The notes under the pieces: model-generated
The model's database searches: none
What the model was told of the DNA's origin: nothing
Seen by the model: only the letters and a program-made list of their open reading frames with translations
Position numbers and translations under genes: made by a program
Shown here: positions 53,385 through 64,000 of the stretch, one piece after another
How the letters are laid out: each line of letters opens with the position of its first letter
Position numbering within the stretch: the stretch's first letter is position 1
Source: Amoeboaphelidium protococcarum X5
Taxonomy: Eukaryota; Fungi; Aphelidiomycota
Direction of reading: 5' to 3'
DNA length: 64,000 nucleotides
Assembly (NCBI GenBank): GCA_023515725.1
Contig: JALDTO010000251.1
Span: forward strand, 744,001-808,000

Positions 53385-53681
53385 GTCGCTCTAATTTTGA
53401 TCTATTATTTTTTCCTTATAGAATTATAAATTAAAGAGATATAATTGGTGAAATTAATCTTGAATCTCCAGTTGATAAAGAAAGTCCGATTGTAGTAACT
53501 GCGACAAGACGCGTCTTTTAATCGTGAAGAAGAGAAACCATCCCGCTCTCTCTCTTTCTGTCTAACATTGAAGAGAATTAAAGAATCTCCTGTAGAGTGC
53601 TGGAATCATGTCATGTATTAAAAATAAGATAGAAATTGAAACATGTAAGAGATAAAAAGATAATTAACATATAATCGGAAA

Positions 53682-56600
53682 TCACCAATCGAGAGAATCT
53701 TTGGACTGAGGAGCAACAGCATCGCGTACTCCCATTGCTTCTGACCAATTACTGAAGCCATCACCGAATCGAGCGAGAACATTATAAGACTCACTGGCAT
53801 CCTTTTACACACGTTTACGCATATAAAAGATCGGACAGTCCTTGGATGTACACAGAACATCCTGGTGTAAAGATCCCTGACATCTCTGACACTGAGTCCA
53901 CAATCGCGAAAATCTGTTCTCCAACTCATTCACATTGTCCAATTGCTTCATGTACAGCTGATTAATCTTGGGCAGGCAGTGCTGACACACGGCGGCGTTC
54001 TAATCTTTCAGCACTGCTTTACATCCCAGACAGGTCATCTTCTTCACGGTGAATTTCATTAGACCACCAGCTGATGATGAAGTCACCTGGATAGATCTGG
54101 TGTGCTCTCCAGAAAACAGTTGACTCTCAGCGTTAGGTAATATTGGCTCAAAAATGCGCATCAGCGGATTCTTCAACTGATTATCCAGATAGTACTTGGT
54201 ATCAATCGGAATATTATTCTCCAGTACGTATATAGGATCCTCAGCACGCTCATAAGCAGCACTTCCTTTAGCAGCCTTAATGATCACATATGCCACACGA
54301 TCACCCAGTGCTGGGGCACTACCCGCATCTCTCTTTCTCATACGTTCTGCCAGTTCAACATGCGCCTACTTTCCAGCATAATCTTCTCCAGATTTACTGA
54401 GCTGCTTGGTGATCACCAACAGAGAAAGATCAACTTTATTCTGCAATAATTCAGATATTGTACTCTTGACATAGTTTACCGCCTTCTCAACATCCTTCTC
54501 CATGAGAATCATCTTCAAACAGGTATCGACCACTGTTGATACGAGCTTACAATTGTCTCTGCGCACAGTTTCCAATCCTTTAGTGTCCATCTTGTCAGGC
54601 TTCTCCACACTGGTCCAATACAATCCAGCGTATCTCTTCTTGTTGATCAGCAGATACGGCCAGTACACTTTCTCAAACTCCAATTTAATGGGTTTCACAA
54701 AGCGTTGAGTGATAAACTCTGCAGCTTCGCGGCCCAAATCCATAGCTTCTTTAAGATCTTCAGTGCCAAATTTGACCATCACCGAATCGGTATCACCATA
54801 AACAACATCAGCGTCATGCTTATAACCATTAGCTTTGCAAAACTGTTTCTCCACCAGGTCTTTCGTGAAATCAATCATTTCTCTTCCGTAAGCTGTGACA
54901 CTCTACGACACCTGAAGACACGGCAGCTTACCGACAGTCGCACCCGTAAAGCCGTAAACAGAGTTGGCACTAATCTTAAGAGCCAATTGTCGACCATCAA
55001 GCACAGCTCTCTTGAATGGATCCGTCTCCTTCTTCAGATCGGCTTTGGCTCTCTTACGCGCACCGATCAGATCCTCAAGAATAGTAGGTAATATACCTTT
55101 ACGCACTGTGGATTTCACAAACTTGTCACCAGACGGTGTGACAATATAATCCTAATCTTTAACCAATTTCAAAGCATCGATCACTTGATTGTTCATCACC
55201 AATGTGGAATAACACAAATTATGGGCCATCATAATAGATGGATATAGAGAGCTAAAATCCAGCGTTGCAATAGGATCTTTGTAGAATGCTCTCTTTGGTT
55301 CAATAACGGTGGCACCTTCATACTACTCATCGGATCCTTCAGATTTCATAGCTGGTATGACTAGATTTTCTTCTTTGGCTTTGCGGTACAACTACGAGAC
55401 TACTTTAATCTACTACCCGCGACTTAACAGATAATTCAAAGGCACACCAGTGACACGAGCCATTTCCATGTAGTTAATTACAACCATGAGTTTATCTAGA
55501 AGACGTTACGGCAAGTACGCGTCTTTCAAGCAATACACGGCCAGTCTGCGTCTTGTTTAAGCATCGCCGTTCTGTAAATCAGTGATAATCGAGTGAGGAA
55601 CATCTTCCTTCTATTCACCTAGAAAGTGTGCAGACACAGAGTTCAAACTATAACTTCGCAACTTGTGATCACGCTGAATGATCTAAATCATATCTAGTAT
55701 GACTCTGCCTTCCAATGCAACTTCTCTACCCTCACGATTACCATAAGCTTTCGAGCTGAATCTTGTGTCTTTGATCTGACTCAGTTTACCCCGAATTCTA
55801 CCCAGATTAAAAAAGCTGTCCTTACACTTCAAGGCTTTTGCACGATCCACCAAGTACGGCATATCGAAATTGTTGATATTGTACCCAGTCACAATGTCCG
55901 GATCAACCTCTTTAATAAAATCTGACCATTTCTACAACAGCTGAGCTTCATCTTCATAAGACAAGATATGACTTCCCACAATGTGGCCACACTCTTTCAA
56001 CGTAAAGATGTTACGAATGAGAGGCTTGCTCTAGCCCTGAATGGTGACCATATTAGCAATCTGAATAACAGAGTCATGCTGAGGATCTGGAAATACACCT
56101 TTTCTACCAGCACATTCGATATCAAAACTCAGGATTCTCAGCGGTGCCACCTTAGACCATTCACCTTCTGGAGCATGACTGATCAAGTCCTCATAGAAGA
56201 CATCTACTTCAATCTATGCATGGGATGTATGATCTTTACCCGTACGCACACACCACTTTCCCGCAGGCAATTCAATCCAATTAGCACCAACAATCTTGCA
56301 ATCGATCATAAAACGAAGTTCATACGCAATATTACTCTCAAATCCGGGAAGAGTCACAGCATGTGGAAACCCAGGAAAATGAAACGCTCCAGATTCCAAA
56401 ATACCTCTAGCTTTAGATATCAATTTAGGACTAGATACAGTAATCTTAAGAAAAGTAGAATCCTCTTATCCATAATAGCCATATATTGTCTTCTTCTTCA
56501 TCAACTCAACGAGAAGCACAGCTTTGCCACCAGCACCCTCGACATTCTGGTTCAGAGAACGCGTAAACTCCATCAGATGAGACGAGTTGAAGTTGGGTGG

Positions 56601-57007
56601 AGCAGGCACATAAAAGTATGGAAAGAATCCATGGACATGACACAGCACACTATTCCCATCCTACACACAAAAATATTGTGCAAATTATGAAGGTAAAACA
56701 AAGATATACTTACCATAGTACATCCGAACATTTTCATAGTTGGAGCAGCGTCTAAGATACCAGAATTCGTTCCATGACCGGGGATCTTCATATTCTTCAG
56801 AGGGACTTGAGCATCTTCATCCACCTCAGTCTATTGGAAGACCAAACTGTCCTTAGAAGGGTCAAGCTGGGGCATGAGAGGACGTGCCCATGATTGTTGA
56901 GGATCATACTCCATGAGTTCACTTTCAAAACTAGTGGGAGAGTGTGTCAAAATCTAAGTAGCAGTTGAAACCTCATGCTCTTCCTAATTAGGCGTCTCTG
57001 AAGTCAT
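53682..57007 (-). CDS. POL3: DNA polymerase delta catalytic subunit; 1 intron (56661-56713)
   Basis: [62 protein letters not shown], and the CysA/CysB motifs (CLGC...CQHC; CQRCQG...[10 protein letters not shown]). Confidence 0.97.
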
Positions 57008-57139
57008 TTTACGATATTAAATGCCAGATGTGACTGATACTTGTTCGAGGATGAAGATGACACTGTGGATATTTATCTAGAGCGTGTAAATAAATAAAGA
57101 AGGTAAGAGGGAAATAAAGGCGAACAGATGAACAAAACG

Positions 57140-57165
57140 GTTTCAAACGCGAAACGACGCGACTT
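57140..57165. promoter_or_regulatory. Paired CGCG-core (MCB/SCB/E2F-like) elements in the POL3 / IFT172 divergent promoter
   Basis: aaACGCGAAAcgACGCGAc lies about 140 bp upstream of the POL3 ATG; ACGCG/CGCGAAA are the known G1/S elements of DNA replication genes. Confidence 0.45.
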
Positions 57166-57434
57166 TGAATTGAAGAAGACTCTGGCTGAAGTGAAGTTGT
57201 TTCGTTTAATCGCCTCGTTCCGATCTCCTAGTTTCATTCTACCATTTCCGCTCTTGTTTCAACTTCAACTACAGTACAATTGTTTGATGTGTTTGTAAGA
57301 TGGAGGGGATTTACCAATAGAGTGTTAGCAATAATAAGATTTAATCTTCCAAGATAACCTCGATTGATTTGGAGTAGTTTGTGGTGTATAATGGATTGAT
57401 TTCCCATGTGGATTCTCATTTGAATTTAACGGTT

Positions 57435-60400
57435 ATGAATGCTGATAATTGCTCAATACTTTTAAAAACTCCATTGATTGAATATTTATCGTCTCTGAAA
57501 GCGTTATAGGAAAATTAGAACTCTAATAATGGTAGATTGGTATTATAGGAGGATATGCTTCTGCTGGTATTGGGAGGCGAGATTTTATAAGTTTAGATTA
57601 GCGTAAAACAGCGTGTAAAATTGATACATCGGTGGAAAATGTAATAGCGCGTGGTAGATTCGAAATTTATTAGATGGTCATTAGATAAGAAATTTGTTGC
57701 TGCTGTTGTTGATGTCAATACATTGGGAGTATTCGAACTTGATTAAAAGAACCAAGTATGCAAGCAGATATTCACAATTTAAGGATAAATGGTTGACGTT
57801 TAATTTGATAACAATTCTGATCTCGTCTACTTGAATGATCAATTCGACTTGTACAAGTTGAATATCACGAGCAAATCATCTCAGTTGATTCAAAATATGA
57901 CACCTTATGAATCGTCGTCATAGTTTAGTCTGTCGGTGCTTAAATAAGATTAGGTAGTAGTATTTGGTTCACGTTATGTTCTGGCTATTGATTGTAAAAC
58001 ACGCAAAGTTATAGCTTAAAGAAAGTTTGACGAAGATCTGTATTGTTTTAGAGTGACTGACAATACTGGGTCTTTCATTGCTTTAGATCGCTCGGGCCAG
58101 TTTATTCGATTGTATCTATCGCAAGATTCTTGGCTGCTTCAGCAATGCTACTTTGACCTCAAGTCTCCTTTTGTTAATAACATTGCTATTGATTAGATCT
58201 AGAATAAGATTTCAGTATTATATGTGGATGGTGTAGTGTAAACTTTTGATCTTAGCGTATTTGTCATCTATAACAGAGACGATTTGGCTATACTTCAAGT
58301 TGGATCAATAAATAAGTATCAAATTATAATTAATGGCAATTGCATGGTGGAGCTATCTAGTAAGTATAGTCGTTTTATGTTAAGTGCAGAATAAAAGTGC
58401 AGTCGATATATCTGCTGCTATTTTGATTCCTCGATACTCCTGTTTGATATAAATCTGTAGAAATATTCTGAATACCCAGTAAGTAAAGCTAATGATTCTG
58501 ATATTCTCCTTAATGAGGACTTCATAATTTTGATTTAATATACGGAACTGAAAGTGTTTACAGTTGGCCAGGATGTGCCTATATTCAGTCACAAGTTTGC
58601 TGATAAACCATGCAGATAGCTCATCTAGTTGTAGTAAAACTTGCTAGTATTTCAAGATGGCAATACAACTTCTAATTTTAATGTTGTCACTCTTGAAGCT
58701 TCATCCACTTTGCGCAAGGTAGTGTGTTAGAAGCATATTATGTAGCTGTATTTGTTATAGAACGGCGTAATTCTGAACTTGGATTCCGAGAGGTCTTTGT
58801 ACTTGAATGATCTCAAATCTAAAGAGGTTCTCCTGCGTCCAATGGTTGATGAATGTTATACTTTAGATAATGGGAGAAGCTGCGTGATACTTTCGAGTGG
58901 TCAAATTTTGTATTATGAAGATTTGTTGAAGAGTGTATCCCATTAAGTTGTCCATGCTGGCGTCAAGTCCATTAGTTAAGTTATTGAGACTCAAAATGGA
59001 GTTGTTGTTAATGCTTTAAATTTTTAAGGAGAATCTGTCAAGTATGAGCTTTTTAGTACTAAGTACTAGCTTGAAATGGCGTTTAAAGAGGGATTAGTCT
59101 GGCGCGCCATCAAAATTGCTATCAACGCGCAAAGCTATGAGAGCATTAATTTCAATTTGGTTCAGAGTTTGATGAAAAGCAAAAATTATATGGCGTTAGC
59201 GTAATATCTGTTTTGTTGCAATAAGGTTGAAGAGGCTTATCAAAGCTATTTGGTTTCATCTTAATAAGCTAGTCCCAAAGTTTTGATTGATTCTATAAAC
59301 AAAAAACTGGTGTCTCAATCTTTTGCACTTCATGATAACTCAGTATCTACTGACGATAAGAAGCAGCTCGTCCGATTGATGGGACAAGATTTTCTTAGTA
59401 TGATATCATTTAATGAGTTGAACCACAGTTTGGGTAAACTTATTATACTATTGCGTGGAGATTTATCCGAAGCATGTATATTTCTAGTTTAGATACGCTT
59501 GTTAACGGATGCATTGATCTTGCTGAGATATAGTAAAGAGTTGCAGGGAAGCTCTTTGATATTATCATTGTTTGAGAACAAAGCTATAGAGTTAAAGAGA
59601 GATGGATGCTTGGCATAGATTTAAGAGTTGTAGTAATAGTTTGAGGAGGCTTATCAAAACTATTAGCTTGCTCAAGAGTATGGTGAATGCCTTAGACTCT
59701 GCTAATAGCACTTTCCGTCGCGTGTGAAAGAAGTTGCACTTTAGCGAGTTACTTAACTTTAGAGCTAGTCAAGACATCTTGAGGCGATTAACCTGAGCAT
59801 TGAATTCCAGTTGTCCTATTAATGTTTACTCATAATGACAGATTGTTAGTAATTCGAGCTATTGCATCAAATCTTACCGTTGTTGTCACCAGAGTAAAAG
59901 GAAGTTAAGAAGGCTCTGCTAGTAGCCTATGAAAGCTGTGTACGCTCTGAAGATTTTGTTAATGCTGAGAAAATATCTATTGTTGTTAATTGCTCTCAAT
60001 AGTTGTTTTCTGAATATTTAAATCGGCAAATGTGGGGCAATTACTATTTGCTTAGGTGTAAACTCTTTGGAGTCGATGCTAGTAAGCAAGCCATGAGATC
60101 CTTAGCATAAAATTTTGTTTAAAATAAGTAATACGTCAATGCTGAACAGATCTACTTGGTAATGGAAGATGCAGATGCTGCCATATAAATGTACATGGAC
60201 TAATATTTATTTCAAGATGGCCTTAGGCTAATCCGTGATCACTTTCCTGATTAATACAATGAAACTGCTCAGGCCTTGTTAGAATAGTTTAAGGAGTAGA
60301 AGGATTTTGTACTATAAGGGAATATTCTGGTGATTTTGTAATAGTATAAATAAGCTGTAGAGCTTTTCTGTAAATGTGGTTAGTTTTAATAGGCCTATAC

Positions 60401-62398
60401 TGTGGCGTAATCCAAGGCGATGTCTAGCAAAGTGGCCGTCCAAGTTCTCTATCTCTGGGCTAAATCTCTGAAGCTTCAAGCAGCTGTGGATCTCCTTAAT
60501 AAACATGAACAAAAGGATCAAGTACTTTAATATGCTTAATAACGCGCTGATTTCGGATTCTTGAAGTAGTATTATCGTGAAACTCTGTAATCGGAGCGAC
60601 TCAACGAAATTTCTTTACTGAACGCTCAGCATTTAGAAAGTCTGGATTTAGTCAATGAAGCCTTGGAAGAGTATTCCATGTTATCTCGGTATGAAGATTG
60701 TTTTTGCCTTTGTCTTGAGCGGCATCTGTTGGAATTGGCTGAGTAATATGGTCAAAGGCTTGAATATCATCAAGTGGAGGATCTGGCATTTAAATAGCTG
60801 TAGAAGCTAGTCAAATAGCAGTAGAAATTTCCATAAGCTGAAGAAATGGCTTACCTTTTTAGTATGCACAAGCAGTTGATTGACTTATATGTTGAGTTGC
60901 CCTTGTGGAAGGATGCATTTGTATTTTCATGTATGTTTTGTGTGGAGTATTTAGATTTAGTGCTCAACAGTTTCCTGAAGGCAATCAAGCTTAAGCAAGT
61001 CCCTTTAAAAGTCTTTAGAGTCTGTGGCAAGTTGCTGATCTCAATGTAATAGGCTCAAGTGGCTCTTTTGGTATTTTTGCAGTTTGGGTAGTATTCTAAC
61101 TAGAACGGAGATAACAATGTTTTGATGGAAGATTTTATAGATGATATTGTATTTTTATTCAACTAGCTCAGCCATGAAGACGCTTTTTTATTTGTGAAAG
61201 ATGTTGGTAACCTTTTGGTTAGTTCCAAGTATTATTAGCAAGCAGGACGTGTCTACTAACAATGTCAAATGACTAAAGATGCCGTGAGCTGTTATATCAG
61301 GGCTTCCATGTGGACAGAGGCTAAAGAGCTGGCCAAGGATGATATGATGCTCACCGTAATGGTTAATGAATAGTATCAGTAGCATCTTTTAGATAAAGGT
61401 GACATTCTAAATTTGTCCAATGTAAATGCAGAATCTGCCTTTTGATTTTGTTTGCCAGGACAGATTGGAATTAATGCGTGCAGCTTGCCTTATAACAACC
61501 ATTAGCTGTGATGGAGAAGTGGATCATTAGAATGGTGTCTCATCTGACTAGTAGCGCAGATCTGGACTCATTAGTCTCTGTGCTTTAATAAACTCTGTCA
61601 AAGGTGTCTCTATCAGTTATTGAACAGATTTTAGAAGAGTATTGCAAAAAGGATATTTTTGCTGTTGATGATTTGGTTGGTTGCTAAAAGATGCTGAGCG
61701 TGTTAAAGTCGTCTATATCTTTAAATGATAGCCTCCTATTGAGCGCATGCCACTACTATTGCTTGTTTAAAGACGTATCTGGTGCCATAGAACTTTAAGA
61801 TTTATGCTTCAACCTATCAGTGGCATTATTCAGATTTACGGACATTATTCCTCTATCTTATGTGCTGCATCAATGTGGAACTGCAAGTAAACTACTGCGA
61901 AAGCATACTGTAGCGTATGATTGTTACAGCGCTCTGTTGGACTTGGTGGATGATCCTGCGACATTTAATACTGCAGATCAACAAGTGTTCAAGTATACTT
62001 ATTCACCTCCACAGTCTGCTTTGAACTTGAATATATCTTCGATACCGTAGAATGTGGTAAAGGAGATTAGGAACTGGACTTTGAAATCTGCGTCTTCTAT
62101 CGCTAGTGATAATAAATAGGATCGCGAGCAAGCAAGTAAATGTTCTAAATGTTAGTCACTCCTTCTCAATGGTGCAATTCAGTGCGATAAATGCAAGTTC
62201 AAATATGAGCAGTGCGTTGTGACTGGTAGCCCAGTGCTGAGTGAGGCTGTATCCGTGGGATGCTCTTCATGTAATCAGCTGGCGAATAAAGACGATTGGA
62301 ATCATTATTTGGCAATTAAGAAGGCATGTCCCTGGTGCCTATAGATTTAAAAGCCAGTGTATGGTAAAAGTAACATCAGTCTTAAAAATGTAAAATGA
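57435..62398 (+). CDS. IFT172: Divergent intraflagellar transport protein IFT172 with a frameshift near 61440-61450 (possible pseudogene)
   Basis: About 1336-codon open frame (beta-rich N-terminus, TPR-like solenoid with AEQIYL..DADAAIQMY and WTEAKELAK) ends at TGA 61443-45. IFT172-like sequence continues in another frame: DWNQCVQLA, VALFRFTDIIP, EIRNWTL and the Cys-rich end CVVTGSPV...ANKDDWN...CPWC. Confidence 0.75.
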
Positions 62399-62499
62399 TG
62401 TAAGATTCTAAAAATATATTGCATTGCTTGTTATTACTAAAACCATGCTCTTGCAAAATAGCTTCAATTCTGCTGTAGTGCAATTTTGGTTACTGTATT

Positions 62500-64000
62500 T
62501 CACATTTCGAATAGCCTGAGTAAGTCTTCATCAGACATTGGTTTTATATTACCAGTAGTGTGATCCTTCTTCACCGCCGAAGGGGATGGAGCAGTCTCAC
62601 GTTAAAGCTATTACCATGAAGTTTAAGCCCTTCTATACACATTAGCTTAATTGCCGCTGGTAGAGAGATCCAAGGTTGAACTATCAACAGACTTGACGGC
62701 AGCATCAGCAGTCTCACTCGTCATCTATGAAGGAGGAGGAGGAGCATTCCAGATATCTGTGCGTGAGTGGACATGTTTTGTGTTGTCATTCAAACTATTA
62801 ACTCCATTCCATCCAAGTGACGGCAGGGGAATAGACTTTTTCACTTCAAATTTCTGCTTCTTAACTCGACTACCACTATGATGATGATGATGATTAGAAC
62901 TGGAATCCACTTACTAATCATCAGAGTCAACACGGCGTTTTCTATTGAGCAACTACTAACCTTATCCAATATTGGTCAGACTTTATTATGCTTTCAATTT
63001 CATAAACTGACACAGATTTCTAGCCATGTCATATGGTAGTATTTCAAAGTTATTGTGTGTATACAGAGGCTTAATCTGACCGCCATTAGCAGAATATGGT
63101 CTTTTAGGCATCAATTACTATGCCTATTTGTACGTCACCTCCACTTTCCCAATCCACTCCACCTCAAATGATAAGATCATGTAGTTGATGTCCGTATTGT
63201 TAGCATATTCATGACCATTGCTCAATGTAGAAGATGACGTGGAGGTGGCATTATCACGTTGCAGTTGAATCTATTGCGCACTACTATTGCGGGAACTAAT
63301 AATCCACTGATCATAACCAACTTCTCCAACATCAGATATCATCTTGGCATAGCCTTGGTAATGATCGCTGCCTTCCACAGTGAACAGAAGGTACAATTCA
63401 CATCCTCGTTTCTTCTGCTACAAGTACAATCGACTCAACTTTTCTGCCACAGATAGGCCGATCTGATAAGAGTTTATGAACCATACGCCATGTTATTGGG
63501 AGATCATTATATTCTCGAAATTGTCAGTCTATGCCAGTACATAACTATCCCCACTTCCACCACTGTGACTGGCTCTGTTGGAACGTTGATGGCTTCTATC
63601 TAACGCGTTAGCTGATTTATAAGGGTGATGCTTGTTGGCTCTCTTACGCTTTCGCCTTGACTTTTACTATGATCCAGGCGGTGGAGATATAATAGAAGTT
63701 GCACCAGTGTCAATCTTGACCCGTTAAGTTTGAATGTCATTATCACATGAGTACTTATCCTACTAAGATTGACCATCGCTGCGTTAACTCACCATCTCAG
63801 GCATGTCTCTGACATCTCTACTTGCTGCAGAACTCTGATCAACTTCTTCAGCGGGTGACTTATGACTGGCAAAAAACTATGTCTGACTTTTGCCATCACC
63901 ATCATCCTAAACATAATCATCATCAGTTCCATCATGGCCAGCTGAAGCAAAAGGATCATCGCGAAACTTGGAAATCTCATCAAGTCCAATAGTTTTAACA
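62500..64000 (-). CDS. YTH-domain RNA-binding protein (YTHDC-like), 5'-truncated by the window edge
   Basis: Frame open from the right edge to TGA 62500-02. Region 63545-63000 reads YVLAQTDNFENIMISQQHGVW...YLLFTVEGSDHYQGYAKMIS...W...FEVEWI...KPL...EILPYDMARNLCQFM, a YTH signature. Confidence 0.75.

Noticed and set aside
53385-53610. N-terminal extension of the CLC gene from an upstream in-frame ATG
   Set aside because: The region looks like promoter DNA (AT-rich, GA tract, ACGCGT) and the conserved YEDFTTIDW starts right after ATG 53384; not excluded without transcript data.
1-64000. Interpreting the fragmented ORF track as mass pseudogenisation or many tiny introns
   Set aside because: The interruptions are only TAA/TAG, keep the frame, and sit at conserved Gln positions of essential genes; code reassignment explains them all.

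Overview
Compact, intron-poor eukaryotic nuclear DNA with a fungal-like (Holomycota) gene set. It uses a non-standard genetic code: TAA and TAG are read as Gln and TGA is the only stop (translation table 6). The supplied standard-code ORF track therefore breaks the genes into fragments. Re-reading by hand with TAR=Gln gives about 21 genes, most with no intron or with 1-2 short introns: adenylate cyclase (partial), ESF2, eIF4G, glucose-6-phosphate 1-epimerase, FSH serine hydrolase, PIF1 helicase, EXO84, a His-rich orphan, DRS2 flippase, epsin, an NDT80-family factor, tricalbin, a full-size ABCG transporter, Rictor/AVO3, an SMP+START-like lipid-transfer protein, a CLC channel, DNA polymerase delta, a divergent IFT172 with a frameshift, and a YTH-domain protein (partial). 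The code, the fungal-like genes and a decaying IFT gene fit an aphelid such as Amoeboaphelidium protococcarum, where UAR=Gln is already known (this assignment is inference). The most novel-looking part is a small accessory island at about 28.9-31.2 kb. It holds a decayed Crinkler-like effector and an intact ADP-ribosyltransferase-like (DUF3990-like) gene that is completely absent from the ORF track. All family assignments come from motif recognition by eye; no searches were run.
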